Positions 29,734 through 36,292 of a stretch of DNA of 36,292 bases are shown here, one piece after another. The translations under genes and the position numbers were made by a program. This DNA comes from a virus, in the UHGV virus genome UHGV-0154029, one strand, 5' to 3'. Position 1 is the first letter of the stretch. The number at the start of each line of letters is the position of its first letter. The notes below the pieces were generated by a model. That model ran no database searches, was not told where the DNA came from, and saw nothing but the letters and a program-made list of their open reading frames with translations.

Positions 29734-30102
29734 ATGTCAAACATCAAAAAATACATCATTGATTACGACTGGAAAGCATCAATAGAAATTGAAATCGACC
29801 ATGACGTAATGACAGAGGAAAAACTTCACCAGATTAATAATTTCTGGTCAGACTCTGAATACCGACTCAATAAACACGGCTCTGTATTAAATGCTGTATT
29901 AATCATGCTGGCGCAACATGCTCTGCTTATAGCAATTTCAAGCGACTTAAATGCATATGGTGTTGTGTGTGAGTTCGACTGGAATGATGGAAATGGTCAG
30001 GAAGGATGGCCTCCAATGGATGGTAGCGAAGGAATAAGAATTACCGATATCGATACATCAGGAATATTTGATTCAGATGATATGACTATCAAGGCCGCCT
30101 GA
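29734..30102 (+). CDS. Acidic hypothetical protein (122 aa)
   Basis: RBS GAGGA; strongly Asp/Glu-rich (EFDWNDGNGQEGWPPMDGSEGIRITDIDTSGIFDSDDM); no family recognised. Confidence 0.6.
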   Translation: MSNIKKYIIDYDWKASIEIEIDHDVMTEEKLHQINNFWSDSEYRLNKHGSVLNAVLIMLAQHALLIAISSDLNAYGVVCEFDWNDGNGQEGWPPMDGSEGIRITDIDTSGIFDSDDMTIKAA

Positions 30103-30136
30103 GCGCGTTTTTAAAGAATACAACGAAGGAGGATAT

Positions 30137-31105
30137 ATGAGTGAAGTAACAGATTTAGTTGTTATTGAGAAAGCAAATGCAATGACTGTATTTCAGTCTG
30201 CCGACCAGATTGAAGAAATCCTTCAAAAGGTTGAACGTGAAGTTATGTCCTTTGTGCCTGATATCACAACGGCAAAGGGCAGAAAGGAGATCGCTTCTCT
30301 GGCGTATAAAGTTGCGCAGACGAAAACATATCTCGATGGTCTTGGCAAAGACCTTGTTGCTGAACTGAAGGAAATTCCAAAGCTAATTGATGCCAACCGC
30401 AAGACAGTGCGCGATCGCCTTGATGAGCTGAAAGCCAGGGCACGCCAGCCTCTTACTGATTATGAAGAGGAACAGGCGCGGATTAAAGCTGAAGAAGAAG
30501 CTAAGGCAGCAGCTGAAGCTCTCGCAAAGAAAATTGAGTCTGACCATGAAATAGCGATTTTGATGGATCGCGAATTTGACCGCCAAAGAGAAGAGGCAAG
30601 ACTCAAAGCTGAGCAGGAAAGGCGAGAGCATGAAGAACGCTTAAAAAAAGAAGCTGAAGAGAAAGCCAGAGCAGAAGCCGAAGCAAAGGCAAAAGCCGAA
30701 ATTGAAGCAGCAGCAAGGCGAGAAGCAGAAGCTAAGGCCGCAGCGGAACGTGCAGAGCGTGAACGCATTGAAGCCGAGCAACGAGCACAGCGCGAAGCAA
30801 AAGAGGCAGCAGAACGAGCTGAAAGAGAAAAGCAGGCGGCAATTGAAGCAGAACGCCGAAAAGCACAGGAGGAGGCTGAACGAATCCGGCGCGAGGCTGA
30901 AGCAAAAGAGCAAGCCAGAATAGCAGAAGAAAAAAGAATCAAGGACGAAGAAGAGCGTAGAGCAAAGGATAAAGCTCACCGGAAAGAAGTAAATAACAAA
31001 ATACTTGCTGACCTTATCAAGGTTGGCGCATCAGAAGATGTTGCTAAAAATATCATAACAGCCATCGTAAAAGGCGAAGTATTCGCAACAAAAATAACCT
31101 ACTAA
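30137..31105 (+). CDS. ER/K-rich coiled-coil (single-alpha-helix-like) protein with globular N- and C-terminal regions (322 aa)
   Basis: Central ~150 aa is a low-complexity run of E/A/K/R (AEEEAKAAAEALAKK...EAEAKAKAEIEAAARREAEAKAAAERAERERIEAEQRAQREAKEAAERAEREKQ...). Confidence 0.65.
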   Translation: MSEVTDLVVIEKANAMTVFQSADQIEEILQKVEREVMSFVPDITTAKGRKEIASLAYKVAQTKTYLDGLGKDLVAELKEIPKLIDANRKTVRDRLDELKARARQPLTDYEEEQARIKAEEEAKAAAEALAKKIESDHEIAILMDREFDRQREEARLKAEQERREHEERLKKEAEEKARAEAEAKAKAEIEAAARREAEAKAAAERAERERIEAEQRAQREAKEAAERAEREKQAAIEAERRKAQEEAERIRREAEAKEQARIAEEKRIKDEEERRAKDKAHRKEVNNKILADLIKVGASEDVAKNIITAIVKGEVFATKITY

Positions 31106-31129
31106 TAAAACCAACATAAGGAACCACCC

Positions 31130-31261
31130 ATGATTTACGCAATCGCGGGAGGCGCTCGCATGGGTGCCTTCCAATTAAATGAATCTTTACTTGAACGAAT
31201 CACCCGTAAATTACGTGACGGATGGAAAAGAGTTGAGGTCTTATTATGCGCAATGAAATAG
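31130..31261 (+). CDS. cIII: CIII-like protein (43 aa)
   Basis: Not in the ORF track. MIYAIAGGARMGAFQLNESLLERITRKLRDGWKRVEVLLCAMK; core LLERITRKLRDGWKR matches lambda CIII; RBS AAGGA. Confidence 0.7.
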   Translation: MIYAIAGGARMGAFQLNESLLERITRKLRDGWKRVEVLLCAMK

Positions 31262-31398
31262 CCATTAATCACCAGATGCTTCGTGCGGCACAAAACAAAG
31301 CAGTAATAGCCAGATTTATTGGTGATTCAAAAATGTGGCTTGAAGCAAATAAAGCGATGAAATCAGCTATCAACCATCCGTGGTATCGCAGGAAATGA
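31246..31398 (+). CDS. kil: Kil-like small protein (50 aa)
   Basis: Not in the ORF track. MRNEIAINHQMLRAAQNKAVIARFIGDSKMWLEANKAMKSAINHPWYRRK; the FIGD.KM motif and position after cIII suggest lambda Kil. Confidence 0.45.
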   Translation: MRNEIAINHQMLRAAQNKAVIARFIGDSKMWLEANKAMKSAINHPWYRRK

Positions 31399-31553
31399 GT
31401 TTTACAGATAACTGGTCAGACGAAGAATTCATTCGTCAGATGAAAGAATTAATCGGTAACGAAGGAGATATTCATGTCACTTGCAACCACAGTGAAGGAG
31501 AGCAAGTTACAGAGACGCATGTACACGCAGAAAGCTCTCTGGTATCGCCATAA
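31395..31553 (+). CDS. Possible small acidic protein (52 aa)
   Basis: ORF whose ATG overlaps the Kil-like stop (ATGA); no recognisable motif. Confidence 0.25.
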   Translation: MSFTDNWSDEEFIRQMKELIGNEGDIHVTCNHSEGEQVTETHVHAESSLVSP

Positions 31554-31652
31554 TGGCGACCGCGAAGGAATGCGGGTATGCCTTAATTTGTCACGAGTCG
31601 AAGTATTAAATCAGCGTTATTTCCTTGGGCCGTGTCCATTCTGAGGTGAATT

Positions 31653-32360
31653 ATGGATTTGAATAAATTCGATGAGCCATTCAGCCCTGAAGATATCGAA
31701 TGGCGAATACAGCAAAGCGGTAAAACACGCGATGGCAAGGTGTGGGCTATGGTGCTGGCTTATGTCACGAACCGGGCAATCATGAAACGCCTGGACGATG
31801 TTTGCGGCAAAGCAGGATGGCGCAATGAATACCGCGATATTCCCAACAACGGCGGAGTTGAATGCGGCATATCAATCAAGATTGATTCCGAATGGGTAAC
31901 CAAATGGGATGCTGCTGAAAACACGCAGGTAGAAGCCGTCAAAGGTGGTCGTTCCGGTGCAATGAAGCGCGCTGCCGTTCAGTGGGGAATCGGTCGGTAT
32001 CTGTATAACCTTGAGGAAGGTTTTGCACAAACATCTCTCGATAAAAAGCAGGGATGGCACAGGGCAAAACTCAAGGATGGAACAGGATTTTACTGGCTCC
32101 CTCCATCGCTGCCGGGATGGGCAATCCCAGCATCAGATAACAAACCATCACCAGAAAATACCAACCAGAAATCTCCATCGGTTGACTGCGAACAAATCCT
32201 GAAAGACTTCAGCGATTATGCGTCAACAGAAACTGACAAGAAAAAACTCATCGAGCGTTATCAGCGTGACTGGCAATTAATGGCTGGCAACGAGGAGGCG
32301 CAGGCTAAATGCGTTCAGGTAATGAACATCAGAGTTAACGAACTAAAACAGGCGGCATAA
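31653..32360 (+). CDS. Rad52/Sak-family single-strand annealing protein
   Basis: 235 aa; motif AMKRAAVQWGIGRYLYN is typical of Rad52-like SSAPs; located next to SSB (the position of erf in P22). Confidence 0.8.
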   Translation: MDLNKFDEPFSPEDIEWRIQQSGKTRDGKVWAMVLAYVTNRAIMKRLDDVCGKAGWRNEYRDIPNNGGVECGISIKIDSEWVTKWDAAENTQVEAVKGGRSGAMKRAAVQWGIGRYLYNLEEGFAQTSLDKKQGWHRAKLKDGTGFYWLPPSLPGWAIPASDNKPSPENTNQKSPSVDCEQILKDFSDYASTETDKKKLIERYQRDWQLMAGNEEAQAKCVQVMNIRVNELKQAA

Positions 32361-32834
32361 ATGGCAATCAGAGGCGTAAATAAGGTGATCATTATTGGTC
32401 GCCTTGGGCATGATCCAGAAATCAGATATTCACCATCAGGAACGGCATTTGCAAACCTTACAGTTGCTACGTCAGAACAATGGCGTGATAAGCAAACTGG
32501 AGAGCAAAAGGAGCAGACGGAGTGGCACCGTGTGGTAATTAGCGGGAAACTGGCAGAAATTGCTAGCGAATATCTGCGAAAAGGCTCAGAGGTTTATCTT
32601 GAAGGCAAATTGCGGACAAGAAAATGGCAGGATCAAAGTGGACAGGATCGGTTCACTACCGAAGTCATCGTGGGTGTTGGTGGAACCATGCAAATGCTTG
32701 GTGGCAAGCAAGGAGGCAATGAACAGTCTTCACATCAGCGAAATAACGGTCAGCAACAAAGACAGCAATCTCAGCAGCAGGGGAATCACAGCGAACCACC
32801 TATGAACTTCGACGATTCGGATATTCCGTTCTAG
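32361..32834 (+). CDS. ssb: Single-stranded DNA-binding protein
   Basis: 157 aa; OB-fold N-terminus, Gly/Gln-rich linker and acidic C-terminal tail DDSDIPF. Confidence 0.95.
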   Translation: MAIRGVNKVIIIGRLGHDPEIRYSPSGTAFANLTVATSEQWRDKQTGEQKEQTEWHRVVISGKLAEIASEYLRKGSEVYLEGKLRTRKWQDQSGQDRFTTEVIVGVGGTMQMLGGKQGGNEQSSHQRNNGQQQRQQSQQQGNHSEPPMNFDDSDIPF

Positions 32835-32843
32835 GAGCTGAAT

Positions 32844-33323
32844 ATGAAAATCTGCTCAAGATGCCATCAACAGAAGGAAGAAAGGGACTTTCAAATCAGA
32901 AGAGCATCCAGAGATGGATTAACTGCCGCTTGCCGGGCTTGCCTGGCTGAATACGACAAAGAACGCGCTGGATTGCCACATCGAGTATCAGCAAGGAGAG
33001 AATATCAATCATCGGAACGCGGAAGAGAACGGTGTAACGCAGCCAAAAAGCGGTTCATTCAGAGCAACCCATGGAAAAGAAAAGCCCACATCATTGTGGG
33101 TAATTTTTTGCGCGACGGTAAGCTAATCCGACCACCACAATGTGAGTGCTGCGGATCAGAATGTAAACCACAGGCGCACCACTGCGACTACAGCAAACCA
33201 ACCGATGTGATGTGGCTCTGCAAGTCATGTCATGTCGAGTGGCACAAACATAACAAACCTATCTACCCAGACGAGGAACCAGTAACTCTCCCCTTCCCTC
33301 GTCACGCTATTCACGCAATTTAA
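32844..33323 (+). CDS. HNH endonuclease-like zinc-binding protein
   Basis: 159 aa; N-terminal CxxC...CxxC and C-terminal CECCGSE...AHHCDYSKP...LCKSCHVEWH (HNH-like). Confidence 0.7.
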   Translation: MKICSRCHQQKEERDFQIRRASRDGLTAACRACLAEYDKERAGLPHRVSARREYQSSERGRERCNAAKKRFIQSNPWKRKAHIIVGNFLRDGKLIRPPQCECCGSECKPQAHHCDYSKPTDVMWLCKSCHVEWHKHNKPIYPDEEPVTLPFPRHAIHAI

Positions 33324-33336
33324 TCAGGAGAAAATC

Positions 33337-33630
33337 ATGCCAGCGCCTCTGTATGGTGCGGATGACGCGCGCCGCTGTTCCGGCAATTCCGTATCGGATG
33401 TGCTGGATAAATTCAGAAAAAACTACGATCGGATAATGTCGCTACCACAGGAAACGAAAGAGGAAAAGGAATTTCGCCATTGTATATGGCTTGCAGAGAA
33501 AGAAGAACGCGAGCGAATTTACCAGACATCAATCCGACCATTCCGCAAAGCCACATATACCCACTTCCCTGAAATTGACCCGCGCCTGCGTAATTACCGC
33601 TCACGCTATGGCGCTATCAGTAATGACTGA
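33337..33630 (+). CDS. Hypothetical protein (97 aa)
   Basis: ORF only. Confidence 0.5.
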   Translation: MPAPLYGADDARRCSGNSVSDVLDKFRKNYDRIMSLPQETKEEKEFRHCIWLAEKEERERIYQTSIRPFRKATYTHFPEIDPRLRNYRSRYGAISND

Positions 33631-33640
33631 GGAATTTACC

Positions 33641-33808
33641 ATGAGAGGACTTGCATACAATCCCGGCATTCTTCCGGCAGAAATGATTATTCGCCAACGC
33701 GCAAAGCCAATGCCATCGAGAGAGGAATTACTTAAGAGAAAGAGTTTCGGTTCTGTTAATGACAACAAATATCTGAATGCGATGTTGCGCAAAGGAGGCA
33801 ACCAGTGA
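33641..33808 (+). CDS. Possible small protein (55 aa)
   Basis: ORF-track entry 33491..33808 trimmed to the Met after the upstream stop (RBS GAGG); [25 protein letters not shown]... Confidence 0.35.
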   Translation: MRGLAYNPGILPAEMIIRQRAKPMPSREELLKRKSFGSVNDNKYLNAMLRKGGNQ

Positions 33809-34563
33809 GCAAGATTGACTATCAGGTACTGCGTGCTAAGGCAGAAAAAGCAACGTGGGGAGACTGGGACTCATATAAACCACACCGTGGCGCACGTGGT
33901 TATGAGGTCCGACTAAGTAGTCAGGCCATTGCGCAACACGTTCTGAAAAACAACGCTGAATTTATTGCTGCCTTTAATCCAAAGATTGCTTTGGCACTAC
34001 TGGATGAACGGGAAAGGAACCAGCAATACATCAAATCCCGCGACCAGGAGAACGAGGATATTGCGCTTACGGTTGGGAGGCTGCGCGTTGAGCTGGAAGG
34101 CAAAGACAGCAAAATAGCCAATCTTACCGCCGAACGCGATGCTCTTCGTGAAGGTGAGATGGGCGACGCTAGGCATAGCAACACACGGGCCGCAGCTGAT
34201 ATCTACTTCCAACTGGTCGAGGAGTGCGAAATTCCTGCTGGCGGTTCTCTGGTCGAGTACGTTGACGATATACGCGAGAAGCTGGAAGCCTCAGAGAAGC
34301 GCATTGCAGAACTGGAAAGCAACGAAGTCCGTGAAGTCGGAAATCAGTTTCTTGTTGTTCGCCATCCTGGGAAAACACCTGTCATCAAGCACTGCACTGG
34401 TGACCTGGAAGAGTTTCTGCGGAAGTTAATCGAACAAGACCCGTTAGTAACTATCGACATCATTACGCATCGCTATTACGGGATTGGCGGTCAATGGGTT
34501 CAGGATGCAGTTGAGTATCTGCATATGATGTCTGACGCTGGCATTCGCATCAAAGGAGAGTGA
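33805..34563 (+). CDS. Ead/Ea22-like protein
   Basis: 252 aa; N-terminus [21 protein letters not shown] resembles lambda Ea22-family proteins; central coiled coil. Confidence 0.7.
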   Translation: MSKIDYQVLRAKAEKATWGDWDSYKPHRGARGYEVRLSSQAIAQHVLKNNAEFIAAFNPKIALALLDERERNQQYIKSRDQENEDIALTVGRLRVELEGKDSKIANLTAERDALREGEMGDARHSNTRAAADIYFQLVEECEIPAGGSLVEYVDDIREKLEASEKRIAELESNEVREVGNQFLVVRHPGKTPVIKHCTGDLEEFLRKLIEQDPLVTIDIITHRYYGIGGQWVQDAVEYLHMMSDAGIRIKGE

Positions 34564-34564
34564 T

Positions 34565-35338
34565 ATGAGCACTATCACTAAAGAACGTATCGAATTGTTC
34601 ATTAAATCCCCGCTTGAAAACGGGCTTACCCGTGGCGAACAAATGGAACTGGCACGGATTGCTCTGGCATCGCTGGAAGCGGAGCCTTTGTGTTATCTCA
34701 CCTGGCATCAAGGGTTCCGTGCTCCTGATGACTGTGAGGAATACGTTGTTGAAGCCAAACCTGGTGACAAATCATGCGATGGTACCCCTGCGTTTCCAGT
34801 GTACACCGCCCCTCCAGCGCCGGTATCTGTGCCTGATGCGATGGAAATGGATGATGACTTTGACAGCGCGTTTGAGCATGGAAAAGCAGTCGGCTGGAAC
34901 GCCTGCCGCGCCGCCATGCTTCAGGCCGAACCTGTAAGTAATAGTGATGAGTTACCGCTGGACTATCTGCAAGGACACAAAGACGGCCTGGAGTGGGCTG
35001 CACAATTGGCAGAAGCCAATCATCCGCAAACAGGTGACTGGTTGTACGACGACCCAATCGATCTTGCCAGGGCGATTCGCAAAGGTCCGGATATGCCTAC
35101 TGTTCAGGGTGGCAGCTCTCCGGTGATTCCTGATGACGTACGCCGCATGGACTGGCTGGTATCGAAAACCGTTGATGTTCGTGAGCCTATGGTTTACGGA
35201 AGCCATAGCCTTTTCTGGTCGCAGACCATCACGGATGAAGAGGATGATTATCACGCGACTAAATTACGCGAGCAAATCGATGCGGCTATGGCAGCTGAGC
35301 AGGCAGCTGCACCGCAGCAGGAGGTTAACCGTGGCTAA
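34565..35338 (+). CDS. Hypothetical early-region protein (257 aa)
   Basis: ORF with tight coupling to the upstream gene; no family recognised. Confidence 0.6.
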   Translation: MSTITKERIELFIKSPLENGLTRGEQMELARIALASLEAEPLCYLTWHQGFRAPDDCEEYVVEAKPGDKSCDGTPAFPVYTAPPAPVSVPDAMEMDDDFDSAFEHGKAVGWNACRAAMLQAEPVSNSDELPLDYLQGHKDGLEWAAQLAEANHPQTGDWLYDDPIDLARAIRKGPDMPTVQGGSSPVIPDDVRRMDWLVSKTVDVREPMVYGSHSLFWSQTITDEEDDYHATKLREQIDAAMAAEQAAAPQQEVNRG

Positions 35339-35438
35339 CCTGCAACTTGCCGTCAAAGGTGAATAACAATCCTCGCACTCGCGGGGATTTCTTTTATCTG
35401 AACTCGCTACGGCGGGTTTTGTTTTATGGAGATGATAA

Positions 35439-35606
35439 ATGCACTTCCGAGTCACAGGTGAATGGAATGGAGAACCATTCAACAGAGTTATCGAAGCAGA
35501 GAACATCAACGACTGCTATGACCACTGGATGCTATGGGCGCAGATAGCACATGCAGACGTAACCAATATTCGAATTGAAGAACTGAAAGAACACCAAGCC
35601 GCCTGA
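35439..35606 (+). CDS. Possible small protein (55 aa)
   Basis: Not in the ORF track. MHFRVTGEWNGEPFNRVIEAENINDCYDHWMLWAQIAHADVTNIRIEELKEHQAA, followed immediately by a terminator. Confidence 0.4.
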   Translation: MHFRVTGEWNGEPFNRVIEAENINDCYDHWMLWAQIAHADVTNIRIEELKEHQAA

Positions 35607-35623
35607 TGGCGGTTTTTTATTAC
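35597..35623 (+). terminator. Intrinsic terminator
   Basis: Hairpin GCCGCC-TGAT-GGCGG followed by TTTTTTATT. Confidence 0.65.
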
Positions 35624-35663
35624 CTGATTTGCAGGTTCGATTCCATATTCGGAGATAGCACTC

Positions 35664-35864
35664 ATGCAACACGAACTACAACCTGATTCACTGGTTGATT
35701 TGAAATTCATCATGGCTGATACTGGCTTCGGTAAGACCTTCATCTACGACCGGATTAAGTCCGGAGACCTTCCAAAAGCCAAAGTTATCCACGGGCGAGC
35801 AAGATGGTTATATCGTGACCATTGTGAATTCAAAAATAAGCTCTTAAGCCGCGCCAATGGGTAA
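35664..35864 (+). CDS. xis: Xis/AlpA-family small DNA-binding protein (putative excisionase)
   Basis: 66 aa; size, basic character and position at the distal end of the early-left operon; no integrase follows within the window. Confidence 0.5.
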   Translation: MQHELQPDSLVDLKFIMADTGFGKTFIYDRIKSGDLPKAKVIHGRARWLYRDHCEFKNKLLSRANG

Positions 35865-36292
35865 AATAGCGGGTAAAATATTTCTCACATCTAAAAAACA
35901 CCATTCTAATCAATCCCCTGCCGCGTCAAGTAGATGTCTGCAGGGGACACCATTTATCATCCCCCTCGCAATAACCCACTTACAATCAGTGAGTTATCTT
36001 AAAATCCTTAGTATAGTCAACCAGTACTTCGATATGTGAACGCAAATCATCATGCATTCGTGAACTTAACTGGAAACCTCCCCCATTCGATGTCAAAATG
36101 ACTACCCCAATAAGTTGCCAATAATCAGGCTAATCAATACGGGTCAGTCTTGCTGGTCAGTGATCATAAAAATGTCACCTCATATTAGACACAGCAAATA
36201 ATTGTGTCGATTAAACATACTACCTTCAGCATAACCGTTCCTGAAAAATTATTATATTCAGTAATCTGAATAAATTACTGGCCTGCTATTTT

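Noticed and set aside
29525-29740. Minus-strand 71-aa ORF in the intergenic region
   Set aside because: No RBS, spans hairpin and terminator structures, and runs against the local transcription direction; more likely non-coding.
30383-30979. Minus-strand ORFs of 82, 160 and 112 aa rich in Ala/Ser/Cys/Phe, and a plus-strand 73-aa ORF
   Set aside because: Frame artefacts of the repetitive GAAGC-rich DNA that encodes the ER/K-rich protein on the plus strand.
35857-36039. Plus-strand 60-aa ORF after the Xis-like gene, considered as an integrase N-terminus
   Set aside because: Too short, no integrase-like sequence, terminates within the window.

Overview
The window is almost entirely one lambdoid prophage with a P22-like (podovirus-type) morphogenetic module, most likely from an E. 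coli-type host. All calls come from reading the supplied translations and DNA against remembered lambda/P22 proteins; no database search was run. On the minus strand, right to left: cro, cII, O-like initiator with internal ori iterons, DnaB-type helicase, a nin region (NinB, Dam-type methyltransferase, NinE, NinF, Rha/KilAC protein, YbcO-like, RusA, NinH), Q antiterminator, two tRNA-like genes, a lambda-type S/R/Rz/Rz1 lysis cassette, a DUF2829-like protein, then P22-type TerS, TerL, portal, scaffold, coat, gp4, gp10, gp26 needle, ejection proteins gp14/gp7/gp20/gp16, an immI-like arc/ant/mnt module and a tailspike whose C-terminus is cut by the window start. On the plus strand: a repressor with a lambda-cI-like C-terminal domain but a different HTH domain, P22-type N with GACAA-loop nut sites, an accessory gene cluster, cIII-like and Kil-like small genes, a Rad52-like annealing protein, SSB, an HNH protein, an Ea22-like protein and an Xis/AlpA-like protein. 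No integrase is present in the window. The best candidates for undescribed biology are the accessory cluster between N and cIII (small basic protein, two-TM membrane protein, acidic protein, ER/K-rich coiled-coil protein), the moron cluster at the P22 sieA position (lipoprotein, small coiled-coil protein, Mnt-like repressor co-transcribed with a secreted protein), a DUF2829 (Tad2-like) candidate anti-defence gene, and a predicted sar-like antisense RNA.
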